From: Candidatus Latescibacterota bacterium | GTDB lineage: Bacteria > Latescibacterota > UBA2968 > UBA8231 | NCBI GenBank assembly: GCA_965261395.1 | Contig: OZ253462.1 | Span: 5,504,001 to 5,568,000, forward strand | Length of the DNA: 64,000 bases | Direction: 5' to 3' | Position numbers and translations under genes: made by a program | Shown: piece after piece, positions 39,448 through 49,687 of the stretch | Position numbering within the stretch: the stretch's first letter is position 1 | Layout: each line of letters starts with the position of its first letter | The notes under the pieces: generated by a model | Database searches by the model: none | Seen by the model: only the letters and a program-made list of their open reading frames with translations | What the model was told of the DNA's origin: nothing

Positions 39448-40530
39448 TTATTCGGCGCGAATTCCGTAGTCCCTTTGCACGGCGTCATCCCCTTGCAGAA
39501 TCCTCACCAGCGACAGGTGTTGGCTGAGCACCTGTTCGACTTGCACGACGCCGACCCGGCGCGGCAAGGACGTTCCCAACACCTCGCCGGTATCCGGGTC
39601 TTTCAGTTCCCGCCCCTTGTCCCACACGCCGTACTTGTTGCCTTTCTGCACTGAATCGGCTAATCCCACGTTAATATAGGCGCGCAACCGCACTCGCACA
39701 GATTGGCCGTTCTCCCTTGTATCAGCCTGCACTGTATCAGCCACCACCTCTATGATTTTCGGTTCGGAAACCTTGAGTGCGGCTGGGGGTTGGATGAGGC
39801 TGTCCAGCCCGGCGGCCAAGTGGTCCAGACATCGGCTCACCGATTTGCCCAGCAAGGTTTGGTGGAATTCCTCGCTCCCCCACTCCATCTGCCCCAAGAG
39901 GAAGTACTCCTTTTCCAGTGGCACATAGGCCGCCGGGTTGGTGATCCCATAGCGCTTGCTGTCCTCAATTACCTCCCGCACCACCTCGCCGGCTGCTTCT
40001 CCGTCTATGACCTTATAGGGATATAGCCGCACCGTGGTCAGTCCCTGATAGCTGCGATAGCCGCCGATGGGCACGGTGGCGCGGAAGCGCTTCATGCTCA
40101 TCTCGTCGATCTGCCCCAAGACGACGTAGTCGGCGTCCACCTCGCGGCCAATGGCCAAGGCACGCTCAACATCGACCTTGCCTTGCAATTCTTTCTTTTT
40201 GAGCCGCACGAGTGCCGAATCAATGGACAAGGTGCTGAAAAAGGCACTGCCGCGCAGCGAATCGGCCAAGCCGCGAGGAATGGCCGAGTAGATGTTCCAC
40301 TCGCCTTTGTATTTCGATTTGTCGCGAAAGGGTATAAAAAGCAACCGCTGCTTCAGCTCCTCCGAGATGGTGTTGTCGCTGAGTACCGGCTTCCTTGGGG
40401 CCTCTTCCTCTTCTTTTTTCTCGCCCAATCCCATAATCGGCATCACGGCCGCCGCCCCGTCTGCTCCCCAGTACAGCGCGGCCAGCAAGGCAAATCCACC
40501 CCGCAAAAGCCACCTGTGTCTATCGGACAT
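39448..40530 (-). CDS. CsgG/FlgT-like exported protein
   Basis: A..IGREVDADYVVLGQI (CsgG/TolB-N-like); C-terminal YINVG...GRELKDPDTGEVLG (FlgT-C-like); TGATG coupling to larA. Confidence 0.65.
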   Translation of the reverse strand: MSDRHRWLLRGGFALLAALYWGADGAAAVMPIMGLGEKKEEEEAPRKPVLSDNTISEELKQRLLFIPFRDKSKYKGEWNIYSAIPRGLADSLRGSAFFSTLSIDSALVRLKKKELQGKVDVERALAIGREVDADYVVLGQIDEMSMKRFRATVPIGGYRSYQGLTTVRLYPYKVIDGEAAGEVVREVIEDSKRYGITNPAAYVPLEKEYFLLGQMEWGSEEFHQTLLGKSVSRCLDHLAAGLDSLIQPPAALKVSEPKIIEVVADTVQADTRENGQSVRVRLRAYINVGLADSVQKGNKYGVWDKGRELKDPDTGEVLGTSLPRRVGVVQVEQVLSQHLSLVRILQGDDAVQRDYGIRAE

Positions 40531-41804
40531 CAGTGCTCTCCTTTGGTTTGCGTGAGTACGTAAGGCCCTTGGGGCACAACCGCTGTGCGCGCCCCGACAC
40601 CGTGCCGCGCCAAGGCTGCGGCTAGCCCTTGCTCCACAGAGGAAATGACCTCGACCCACACCTTGTCGCGGCACTGAGGATCAATGCCCTCCGAGTAGCA
40701 CATGACCTCGGCCTTGTCGAGCACCTTGCACAGCTCTTGTAACTGCCATTGGTCGATGGCGAAGAAATCGGGATCCGCGAGGCGAGCCGCGAATTCAGCG
40801 GCACCGGATGCGCCGAGCAGCATTTCCGCAAATTCTGGGCTGCCCAAGCCCTCGGCGCAGCGAGCGGCAATGAGGATCGTCCCACCCTCTTTGACAATGG
40901 GCAACACCGCCGTCAGGCCCTTAACAGCTTGGTAAAACGTCAGGTCGAGCGGCCAGCCAGCACTGCTGGTGACCGCGATGTCAACCGGCTCGTCAACCAA
41001 GACGCCGTTCTGCTGCTCGACGAAGCGGGCTCCTTCGGCATGGGCCTTCTCTAGGTCGCCGCAGAACAGGCCGGTGATTTGCCGCCGGTCGTTCATAGCC
41101 ACATTGAACGTAAAATCAACCCCGGCGTGCTGCGCCACTTCGAGGGCTTGGCGGTGGAAAGGATTCCCTTCAATTGAGCCTTCGCACGCCTGGGGGTGGC
41201 TCAACAGCTCGGGGCCGTGCAGGACGCGCATCGTCTCAATACCCATCAATCCCGGGCAGATGGCCTTGCGGCCGCCCGAGTACCCGGCCATCAAGTGCGG
41301 CTCGATTAGCGAGGTGGCGATTTTTAGGTCGGCCTCCATGTAGAGTGCGGCGATCCATATTGGGGCACCGCCCGAGGTTTCTCCCAGATAGGTCAGGGTC
41401 TCGCGGCGGCGGGCAGTGTGGTTGACGATGCGATAGTTGCGGGCGATGTCGGCCCCGACGAGCTGTACCAATTCCTCGCCTTCGTTGGGCCGGTGTAGGC
41501 CGGTGCCGACCAACAGGGTAATATCCTCGCGGGCGATGCCTTCCTCTTCGAGAATCCGCAGCATCGGCGGCAAAATGACGGCGTTGGGCACCGGGCGGGT
41601 AATATCGGCAATGACTACGCAGGCATTCTTACGTCCCCGCGCCAGCCGCCGCAAAGACGGAGTCCCTATCGGATAGGCCAGCGCGTGATCCATCCGCTTC
41701 TCGATTCGGTCGAGCCCATCACTCGCGGCCATCTGCAATACCTCGGCCGAGTCGGGCACTTCGATTTCGAGGCCGTCGCGGCCATAGTCGAGCTTTATTT
41801 TCAT
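40530..41804 (-). CDS. larA: LarA-family nickel-pincer-dependent racemase/epimerase
   Basis: DITRP, GTGLHR, EPH..AGYSGGRK and YQAVKG motifs. Confidence 0.88.
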   Translation of the reverse strand: MKIKLDYGRDGLEIEVPDSAEVLQMAASDGLDRIEKRMDHALAYPIGTPSLRRLARGRKNACVVIADITRPVPNAVILPPMLRILEEEGIAREDITLLVGTGLHRPNEGEELVQLVGADIARNYRIVNHTARRRETLTYLGETSGGAPIWIAALYMEADLKIATSLIEPHLMAGYSGGRKAICPGLMGIETMRVLHGPELLSHPQACEGSIEGNPFHRQALEVAQHAGVDFTFNVAMNDRRQITGLFCGDLEKAHAEGARFVEQQNGVLVDEPVDIAVTSSAGWPLDLTFYQAVKGLTAVLPIVKEGGTILIAARCAEGLGSPEFAEMLLGASGAAEFAARLADPDFFAIDQWQLQELCKVLDKAEVMCYSEGIDPQCRDKVWVEVISSVEQGLAAALARHGVGARTAVVPQGPYVLTQTKGEH

Positions 41805-41813
41805 TGCGTATGC

Positions 41814-42683
41814 CTAGGCCAGTTTGTTCTCGAGATACGCGCGAAACGCCGCGCCGAACTCCTGGTCGGCCAAGGCGAAATCCGCGAAGGCCCGGTAGTA
41901 CGTAAGCGGCGTTCCTATGTCGTAGCGCGCCTCGTCGCTCGCAAGGCGTGTGCAGCGGACCTCGGCCCCGCGTTGGATCAGGACGCGGATGGCATCGGTC
42001 AACCACAACTCGCCGCCAACCCCAGGCTCAATCTCGTCAATGGCGGCGAAAATCTCCGGTGAAAAAATATAGCGGGCCGCAACCGCCAGACAACTCGGCG
42101 CGGCTTCCACCAACGGTTTTTCAACAATATCGGCGATGGCAAAGTCTTCATCGACCTCGCCTCGCGGTGTGACCACGCCGTACTTGTAGGTCTCCTCGCG
42201 CGGCACTTCCCATACGGCAATGGTGGCAGCCGCACCCCGTTGGACATGCGACTCCATCATCCGGCCGACTACCCCTGGCACCCGCGGCGAGGTGATAATC
42301 GTGTCGCCGAACCCCACTACGAACGGCTCGTCACCCACGAATTCCCGCGCATGGCGCACGGCATCGGCATTGCCGGTGGGCCGTCGCTGCCGCACATAGT
42401 AGAATTCAACGCCCTCGGCCGCGTAGTCAACCTCGTCGATCGCACTATCGCCCAAGCGCGCCTCAAGCTCGGGATCGTCGTCGAAGTGATCCTCAATCGA
42501 GCGCTTCTTGCGGCCCGTTACAAAGAGAAACTTGTCCAACCCCTGCTCGATCATCTCTTCGACCACATACTGCACGACTGGCTTGCAACCAACGGGCAGC
42601 ATCTCTTTGGGTTGGGACTTGGTCGCCGGCAGCAGGCGAGTGCCCAAACCCGCAACGGGGAATACGGCTTTGCGAATCGACAC
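41814..42683 (-). CDS. galU: UTP-glucose-1-phosphate uridylyltransferase-like nucleotidyltransferase
   Basis: IRKAVFPVAGLGTRLLPATK..PKEMLPV, VEKP and GELWLTDAI motifs. Confidence 0.8.
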   Translation of the reverse strand: MSIRKAVFPVAGLGTRLLPATKSQPKEMLPVGCKPVVQYVVEEMIEQGLDKFLFVTGRKKRSIEDHFDDDPELEARLGDSAIDEVDYAAEGVEFYYVRQRRPTGNADAVRHAREFVGDEPFVVGFGDTIITSPRVPGVVGRMMESHVQRGAAATIAVWEVPREETYKYGVVTPRGEVDEDFAIADIVEKPLVEAAPSCLAVAARYIFSPEIFAAIDEIEPGVGGELWLTDAIRVLIQRGAEVRCTRLASDEARYDIGTPLTYYRAFADFALADQEFGAAFRAYLENKLA

Positions 42684-42805
42684 GGTTTCTTTTTATTTTA
42701 AGTTTAAGAGAATCAAGGACATAACTAAAAATAGCACCTAGTGAAAATAGGGTGTAAGAGGTGCTAAATCAAGCCCGGCCAGCCCGCTCTTACGCCGCCA
42801 ACCCC

Positions 42806-43852
42806 ATGTTTGACTTGGCCCCAACTCGCCTGCGCACCCTCGTGGAAGCGTTTCCCGCGCTACGCATCGGCGTAGTCGGCGATTTTTTCCTCGACTCCTA
42901 CTTCGAATGCGACCCAGCCCTCAACGAAAAGTCGCTCGAGACCGGCAAGACCTGCTATCAGGTGATCGGCTACCGCCGCCAACCTGGGGCCGCCGGCAAT
43001 GTCGCCGCCAACCTGCTCGCCCTCGGCGTGGGTGCGGTCGAGGCTGTGGGCTATTGCGGCGACGACGGCGAAGGCTACGAGCTGCGACGGGCTATGCGCC
43101 GGCAGGACTTAGACTTGACCGGCTTTATCACGGCTCCGGGCCGCTTGACCCCAACCTATCAAAAGTCCTGCTACGTCGATGGCAGCCAGCGCGGCCGACC
43201 CGTACTTGAGGAACTAGAGCGGCTCGATGTCAAAAACCGCCGCCCTACCCCTACCAGCCTCCAGCGCGATCTCATCGACCATGTCCGCCAGCGCCTGAGC
43301 CACTGGGACGGGCTCGTGCTAATCGACCAAGTCGCCGAAGCCAATTGCGGCGTCCTCACCACGCGCGTGCGCCGCGCCATCGCCACTGCTCTCGGCCCCC
43401 AGCCCAAGCTCGTGGTCCTCGCCGATTCACGCACGCGCATCGGGCTATTTAAGCGCGCCATCCTCAAGCCCAACCAGCGCGAGGCTTGGGCCGCGCTCGG
43501 CAGCCAAGGGAGCTTGTCGCTAAAGACAGCGCACCACCACGCCCACGTACTCAGTAACCGGACTGGTCGCCCGGTGTTTCTAACGCTTGGCAATAGGGGG
43601 ATACTCGTAGCCGACGGCAACGCGGTTGAGCACGTGCCGGCCGTATGCCTTACCGCACCCGTTGATCCGGTTGGCGCCGGGGATACTTGTGCGGCCGTTA
43701 TCAGCGCGGCCTTGGCAGCAGGTGCCGGACTAACAGAAGCAGCGGCGATAGCCTGCTTGGCCGCGTCAATTACCGCTCAGCAGGCTGGCACGACCGGCAC
43801 GGCCTCGCCAACCGAGCTAAGCCTCCGCTTGCATCAGTTGCGGCGGCGTTAA
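42806..43852 (+). CDS. PfkB-family kinase resembling the HldE/RfaE kinase domain
   Basis: VVGDFFLD.Y, PGAAGNVAANL and DPVGAGDT motifs; alternative GTG start at 42761. Confidence 0.8.
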   Translation: MFDLAPTRLRTLVEAFPALRIGVVGDFFLDSYFECDPALNEKSLETGKTCYQVIGYRRQPGAAGNVAANLLALGVGAVEAVGYCGDDGEGYELRRAMRRQDLDLTGFITAPGRLTPTYQKSCYVDGSQRGRPVLEELERLDVKNRRPTPTSLQRDLIDHVRQRLSHWDGLVLIDQVAEANCGVLTTRVRRAIATALGPQPKLVVLADSRTRIGLFKRAILKPNQREAWAALGSQGSLSLKTAHHHAHVLSNRTGRPVFLTLGNRGILVADGNAVEHVPAVCLTAPVDPVGAGDTCAAVISAALAAGAGLTEAAAIACLAASITAQQAGTTGTASPTELSLRLHQLRRR

Positions 43853-45687
43853 GATGCATAGGTCTGTTCAACGACTGTGCGATAGCGCTCGACGATCGCC
43901 TTGGGCACGATCTTCTTCAGGCCCTTGGTTAAGGTCCCGGCGTCCTCGCTTAGCGGCTCGGGCAAGAGCGCGACGCGCTGCGGCCGCTGGTAGTTCGGCA
44001 AGCCGGCGGCCGTGGCCTCGGCAAGGAATCCTTCGCGGATCCGCTCGCCCAAGCTCGGATGCGTGCGCAGGGCGGCCTCGTCTTCCAGTGGCAACCCGTC
44101 AATGCCGCTCTTTTTTGCCTCCTCCACATCCACCGTCACCAACGGCAGCGGGTAATCGCGCTGCTGGTCGCCGTACACAAGCACGTGCTCGACTAGGGAC
44201 ACTCGGGCGAAAATCCGCTCCAAGGCTTCGGGATTGACGAACTCACCATTGCGCAGCTTGAACTGCCGGCCAACCCGCCCGTGGAACGCGAGAAAACCCT
44301 CGTCATCCATGCTGAACAAGTCGCCGGTCCGATACCAGATCTGGCCTCCCTCCTCCACTAGCACCTGCTCGGTCTGTTCAGGGTCGTGCAAATACCCACG
44401 CATGACATTGGGGCCGCTGGTCCACAGCTCTCCGACCTGGTCGCCGCTGGGCCGGCACTGGGCCTGCGCTGGATCGTTGTAACCAATTTCCGACCCGTCT
44501 TCGGCCACGATCTTCACCGCCTGCAACGGCCTTCCCACTGTGCCGCTTTTGCGCCCGCCGAGATGGTTGGCGGCAATCAGCGGCGCGCACTCGGTCGTGC
44601 CATAGCCCTCGTACGTGGTGATGTCGAGCACCTCGTGAAAGAAGTCCAACGCCTTGGGATCGGCCTTAGCCGAACCGACGATCAAAAGCGCTAGATGAGG
44701 CCCGACTCGCGTGGCGAGCTGGGCGCGAATTTTGCCGACGATTGAACGGCCTATGGCAGCCAAAAAGAGCTTGTCGCCCAGCCCAGCCTGACCGCGTGCC
44801 AATCGTTCCTTGGCCGCCACCGAACGCTGGATCAAGCCCCCCTTGACGCCGCCAGCGTCGATTTCCTTGCGCACATTGCCGTACACTTTGTCGAGTATCA
44901 GCGGCACGGTGAGGAAGCCCTCCGGCTCTGAGAGGCGAATGTCGCTGAGGACGCGGTCGGGCGAGCGCGCCAAGTCCAAAATCCACCCCTTAGCCAAGGG
45001 ATAGTAGATGTTGAGGATTCCCATGGAGTGGTAGTCGGGCGCGGACTTGAACATGCGGAGCGGCTGGCGCTTGCTAATCACATCCCAAACCTCTTCGACG
45101 TTGGCGACGATGTTGGCGTGGGTCTGGATCACGCCCTTGGGCAGGCCGGACGAACCCGAGGTATAGAGAATTTTTGATTCATCCTCTGGCAGCACCTCGA
45201 CCTCGGGCACGGCCGCGCTGCTCTCCGCCAGCTCTTGCCAAGGGATCGCGTCCTCGGCCTGACCCTCGGTCAACACAATCCGCGGCCTCTTGTCGAGCCG
45301 CTCCCGGACGGCATCAAACCGCTCGTAGCCCTTGCGATCCACAATCAGCAGCTCGACCGCAGAGTGTGCGATGCTGTGGGCGAGTACCTCGTCAGGGGAC
45401 TGGATGCACAGCGGCACCGCACTGACCCCGATGCAGTCGGTCGCCAAAAAAACCAAGAGCGGCTCGCTGCCGCCATCGGTGAGGATGCCCACGCGCTGGC
45501 CCTTGGCCAAGCCCTGCGCCGCAAGGCCCGCCGCGAGCTGATCGCGGAGACCTTTGAGTTCCGCGTAAGTCACGGGCTGGTAGCTCCATGCGCGACTACC
45601 CTCTATGGGCTTGAGCACGCGAATGGCCGTCTGTTCGGCATAAGTTGCGAAGCTATGATTGAGTAGGTCCTTCAGCGTTTTTCCCAT
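43849..45687 (-). CDS. Long-chain acyl-CoA synthetase (AMP-binding)
   Basis: YTSGSSGLPKGV, EGYGTTE and YRTGD motifs. Confidence 0.9.
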   Translation of the reverse strand: MGKTLKDLLNHSFATYAEQTAIRVLKPIEGSRAWSYQPVTYAELKGLRDQLAAGLAAQGLAKGQRVGILTDGGSEPLLVFLATDCIGVSAVPLCIQSPDEVLAHSIAHSAVELLIVDRKGYERFDAVRERLDKRPRIVLTEGQAEDAIPWQELAESSAAVPEVEVLPEDESKILYTSGSSGLPKGVIQTHANIVANVEEVWDVISKRQPLRMFKSAPDYHSMGILNIYYPLAKGWILDLARSPDRVLSDIRLSEPEGFLTVPLILDKVYGNVRKEIDAGGVKGGLIQRSVAAKERLARGQAGLGDKLFLAAIGRSIVGKIRAQLATRVGPHLALLIVGSAKADPKALDFFHEVLDITTYEGYGTTECAPLIAANHLGGRKSGTVGRPLQAVKIVAEDGSEIGYNDPAQAQCRPSGDQVGELWTSGPNVMRGYLHDPEQTEQVLVEEGGQIWYRTGDLFSMDDEGFLAFHGRVGRQFKLRNGEFVNPEALERIFARVSLVEHVLVYGDQQRDYPLPLVTVDVEEAKKSGIDGLPLEDEAALRTHPSLGERIREGFLAEATAAGLPNYQRPQRVALLPEPLSEDAGTLTKGLKKIVPKAIVERYRTVVEQTYAS

Positions 45688-45788
45688 CGCAAACCTCTTT
45701 GCGGTGATTGGTATCGTCGTCCTTTGCGGCGCGCAAAAGGGCCGCTCCAGCCATTGCCCACGCGACCCGGCGACCGCATCTTCCCCAT

Positions 45789-47417
45789 ATGAATTTTCTC
45801 TGCAACCGCGCCTTGGTCTTGCTGCTCTTGACCTGCCCGGTCGCCTCTTCGGCTCAGCCCTCGGTGGCCATGTTCGGCTACTCGCTCAGCATGGGCAGCG
45901 TCACCGTGGACCAAGAGCAGCTATATCGCCTCAGCCTCCGGCCCGACTTTCCCATGGGCCGCTTGGGCATTGGCCTCGACTTAGAGCTTTTTATCGAGCG
46001 CAATGGCGACCTCGGGTCACGCGGCTGGGAGGCTGGCTCGTCAACCCAAACCTTCGACTCGATCTTGCGCAAGATCTACTACGTGCGCTATGGCCGCCCC
46101 AACGACGCGGTGTACATCAAAATCGGCGCACTCGACAACGTGACGCTGGGATACGGCCTAATCATGGACAGCTACCGCAATACCCTGCACTATCCAGGCA
46201 TCAAGAAAACCGGACTCCAGCTCCGCATCGCCAATCTCGTCGGCACGAATATCGGACTCGAAGGAGCGATCAACAACCTGCAAGACTTCCAAGAAGGCGG
46301 CGCGCTCATCGGCCTGCGGGCCTTTGGCTACGTCGCCAACATCGAGCTAGGTTTGACCTTTGCGGCCGATCTCGACCAGTACAGCGGCCTGCGCGACAGC
46401 GATTCCGACGGCGTGCCCGACCCCATTGACGCCTTCCCAGATGACGGCGATTTTGCCCTCGACAACGACGGCGACGGCGTGCCCGACCACCTCGACAGCG
46501 ACGACGACAATGACGGCATCATCGACGCCGACGCCGGCAGCGGCCTCTCCGCCGACATCGCCGCCGCCTTGTTGGGGCTCAACGCCAATTACGGCAACGC
46601 CTTCCCCGTGGACCAAGACGTGGACCGCCACAAGCCCTTCAACAGAAACCAAGTTGGCCGCGACTTCTTTTCGATCGTGGGCGTGGACGCGAGCTATCCG
46701 CTCATCCACGACCTAGGCCTAGAGCTCAAGCTCTACGGCCAATTCGCCCTGCTGCTCGACGACGACGACGCCCTTGCCAGCTTTGAGGCGCAACAGCAGG
46801 GCGTCTCCCCCGGCAATCGCCAAGCGACCGGGTTCGGGATCGCCGCCCCAGGCCTGTGGCTGGCTTTAGGCCCGCTCAACGGCCAACTGGAGTTTCGCCA
46901 CTTCCGCCGCGATTTCGACTCGCGCTACTTCGACGAGCTGTACGAACTCGACCGCGCTCACCTCGACCGCGCTACCGGACAGGCCCAGTCCAAGGATGCA
47001 CGGCTGGGCCACAGCAGCGATCTCTCCGGCTTCTTCGGTCACTTGGGCACGGAACTCGGCTCGTACGCGCATGTCTCGGCCTCCTATCAGTACCTAACCG
47101 GCACCAGCGACCCCAAACAGCAACTCATCGCCAGCGCATCCCTGTCGCGCAAACTGCTCAAACACTTCCCCCGCCTCAAGCGCGCGTACGCTTATTTTTA
47201 CAAGAACAACATCGGCCGGGGCCTCAACGAGGACGGCACCGGCAAGGACGGCTTCTTCGAGCCGACTGAGGACACCTTCTACGGCTTTGACATCGGCCTG
47301 AACATGAAAGAAGGCTCCTCCGTGCGCTGGGATACCCGCTTCATCTTCGGGCGCACCGCCGATCGGCGCTTACAGCGCCACAAAATCATGACCCTCGAAA
47401 CCGTGTTCGACTTTTAA
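45789..47417 (+). CDS. Putative outer-membrane protein with thrombospondin type-3-like acidic repeats
   Basis: Signal peptide; DSDSDGVPDPIDAFP and DNDGDGVPDHLDSDDDNDGIID; beta strands; terminal Phe (TVFDF). Confidence 0.65.
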   Translation: MNFLCNRALVLLLLTCPVASSAQPSVAMFGYSLSMGSVTVDQEQLYRLSLRPDFPMGRLGIGLDLELFIERNGDLGSRGWEAGSSTQTFDSILRKIYYVRYGRPNDAVYIKIGALDNVTLGYGLIMDSYRNTLHYPGIKKTGLQLRIANLVGTNIGLEGAINNLQDFQEGGALIGLRAFGYVANIELGLTFAADLDQYSGLRDSDSDGVPDPIDAFPDDGDFALDNDGDGVPDHLDSDDDNDGIIDADAGSGLSADIAAALLGLNANYGNAFPVDQDVDRHKPFNRNQVGRDFFSIVGVDASYPLIHDLGLELKLYGQFALLLDDDDALASFEAQQQGVSPGNRQATGFGIAAPGLWLALGPLNGQLEFRHFRRDFDSRYFDELYELDRAHLDRATGQAQSKDARLGHSSDLSGFFGHLGTELGSYAHVSASYQYLTGTSDPKQQLIASASLSRKLLKHFPRLKRAYAYFYKNNIGRGLNEDGTGKDGFFEPTEDTFYGFDIGLNMKEGSSVRWDTRFIFGRTADRRLQRHKIMTLETVFDF

Positions 47418-47418
47418 T

Positions 47419-48531
47419 ATGAAAATCACTCGCGTATCCGCCCATTACCTGCGCCTGCCCGACGTCACTACCCGCTGCGACGGCACGCAGGACACCTGTC
47501 TGATCCAAATAGAAACCGACGCCGGCATCACCGGCTGGGGAGAGGTCGATTCGGCCCCTACCGTGGTCAAGGCCGTCGTCGAGGCCCCGCTCTCCCACCA
47601 GATTAGCAACGGCCTCGCCAACGCCCTCGTGGGCCTCGACCCGCTGGCCATCGACGTCTGCGGAGATCGCATGCTCGGAGCGGCCAATTACTACGGCCGC
47701 GTCGGCGTGGGCACGCACGCTATGGCTGGCGTCAACCTCGCGCTGTGGGACATTGCGGGCAAGGCGCGCGGCTGCCCGGCCTACGAACTGTTCGGCGGCC
47801 CCTATCAAACCAAATTCCGCGCGTATTGCTCCATCCTCTTCGGCGACACGCCGCAAGAGACCGGCGAGCTGGCCCGCCGCTTTGCCGCAGAGGGATTCAC
47901 GGCCATCAAATTTGGTTGGGGACCGATGGGGCAGAGCGAGGCAAACGACATCGCCTTGGTGCGCGAAGCGCGGAAGGGGGCTGGGCCAGATGTGGACATC
48001 TTGGTGGATGCTGGGCAGGTGTGGGACTGGAAGACCGGCCTCAAGCGCGCCGAGCAGTTCGCCGAGTACGGCATATTCTGGCTCGAAGAACCCTTGCACC
48101 CCGAGGATGTCGCAGGCTATGCGCACCTCTGCGAGCGCAGCCCGGTGCCCATCGCCACGGGCGAGGCCGAGTCGCGCTATCAGGACTTTGAGCGGCTGCT
48201 CGTCCATGGCCGCATCGACTGGGTGCAGCCGGATCCGGGCCGCTGCGGGCTTTCGACGATGGTCGAGGTCGGCCGCCTCGCCCACCGCCTGCACCGCAAG
48301 GTCGTCAACCACTCGTTCAAAAGCGGCATCACCATCGCGGCCTCGCTCCACGGCCTAGCTGCGGTCCCCCACGGTGAGGTCTTTGAATACTGCATGGCCG
48401 AGTCGCCCTTGCGCCACGACCTGACGCACGAAAAATTCGCGGTCATCGATGGCTACGTTCACGTGCCGGAGGGGCCGGGATTGGGCGTGACCATCAATGA
48501 AGAGATCGTAGAAAAGTATCTAGTGAATTAA
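47419..48531 (+). CDS. Mandelate racemase/muconate lactonizing enzyme (enolase superfamily) protein
   Basis: ALWDIAGK; metal ligands VDAG/LEEP/TGE; QPD; PGLGV. Confidence 0.9.
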   Translation: MKITRVSAHYLRLPDVTTRCDGTQDTCLIQIETDAGITGWGEVDSAPTVVKAVVEAPLSHQISNGLANALVGLDPLAIDVCGDRMLGAANYYGRVGVGTHAMAGVNLALWDIAGKARGCPAYELFGGPYQTKFRAYCSILFGDTPQETGELARRFAAEGFTAIKFGWGPMGQSEANDIALVREARKGAGPDVDILVDAGQVWDWKTGLKRAEQFAEYGIFWLEEPLHPEDVAGYAHLCERSPVPIATGEAESRYQDFERLLVHGRIDWVQPDPGRCGLSTMVEVGRLAHRLHRKVVNHSFKSGITIAASLHGLAAVPHGEVFEYCMAESPLRHDLTHEKFAVIDGYVHVPEGPGLGVTINEEIVEKYLVN

Positions 48532-48549
48532 CCCCAAAGGTTCCCCACC

Positions 48550-49683
48550 ATGCCCGAGCAACCCACACTCATCATAGACGGCCACCTCGACTTGGCCTTC
48601 AACGCCCTGCATCACCGCCGCGACCTCACCCAAGACATCCACGTCCTGCGCGAGCGCGAAGACCCCAAACCCCCAGGCCCTTCCCACCCCGACTCGCTGC
48701 GCGACAGAAAGCGCCCCGAAAGCACCTCGCGCGGCACCGCCACTGTATCCCTGCCGCAGATGCGCCAAGGCTGCGTCGGTATCGCGCTGTCGACCATTAT
48801 GTGCCGGGTGCAGATGCCCGTCGGCATCCTCGACGACGGCATGAGAACCCAAGAAGCGGCTCACTCCATCGGCCAAGCGCATCTTCACTATTACAAAGCG
48901 CTAGAGCGCGAGGGCCAACTCCGCTTCATCCGCGACCCAAGCGATCTCGACGCGGCCATTGCCGCCTGGCAAAACCCCGACCCAACGACTCCGATCGGCC
49001 TGATTCTGAGCATGGAAAGCGCCGATCCCATCCTTGGCCCCGAGCAAGTAGCTTGGTGGTGGGAGCAGGGCCTGCGCTCGGCCGGGCTGACGCATTTTGG
49101 TGCCAATACCTGGGGGCACGGCACCGGCACCCGCGGCGGGTTGTACGCCGATGCCTATCCCCTGCTCGACGCCCTCGCCGCAACGAACATCGCCCTCGAC
49201 CTGACCCACGCCTCGGATTTGGTCTTCTGGCAGCTTTTGGACTATTGGCAAGGCCCCGTCCACGCCAGTCACTGCAACTGCCGCGCTCTCGTCCCCGGCC
49301 AGCGCCACCTCAGCGACGAGATGATCCAAGCCATCGCCGAGCGCGGCGGCGTCATCGGCGCGGTTTTCGCCGAATTCATGCTCAATCCCGAGATCGACTT
49401 CGACGACCCGGCGACCTATCCGCAAACCGCCCGCCGCCCCATGTCGGCCGTCGTCGATCACATCGACCACATCTGCCAGCTCGTCGGCAACTGCGACCAC
49501 GTCGCCATTGGCTCCGACCTCGACGGCGGCTTCGGACGCGAAATGGCCCCCATCGACTACGACACCATTGCCGACTTGCAACGCTTCCTCGACATCCTCG
49601 ACCGGCGGGGCTATTCGACCAACGACATCGCGGCCATAGCCCACGGCAACCTCTCGCGCTTCTTCCGCCAAGCCTGGAGCTAA
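48550..49683 (+). CDS. Membrane dipeptidase (peptidase M19) family
   Basis: DGHLD, MESAD, DLTH, ASH and IGSDLDGG motifs. Confidence 0.9.
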   Translation: MPEQPTLIIDGHLDLAFNALHHRRDLTQDIHVLREREDPKPPGPSHPDSLRDRKRPESTSRGTATVSLPQMRQGCVGIALSTIMCRVQMPVGILDDGMRTQEAAHSIGQAHLHYYKALEREGQLRFIRDPSDLDAAIAAWQNPDPTTPIGLILSMESADPILGPEQVAWWWEQGLRSAGLTHFGANTWGHGTGTRGGLYADAYPLLDALAATNIALDLTHASDLVFWQLLDYWQGPVHASHCNCRALVPGQRHLSDEMIQAIAERGGVIGAVFAEFMLNPEIDFDDPATYPQTARRPMSAVVDHIDHICQLVGNCDHVAIGSDLDGGFGREMAPIDYDTIADLQRFLDILDRRGYSTNDIAAIAHGNLSRFFRQAWS

Positions 49684-49687
49684 TACA

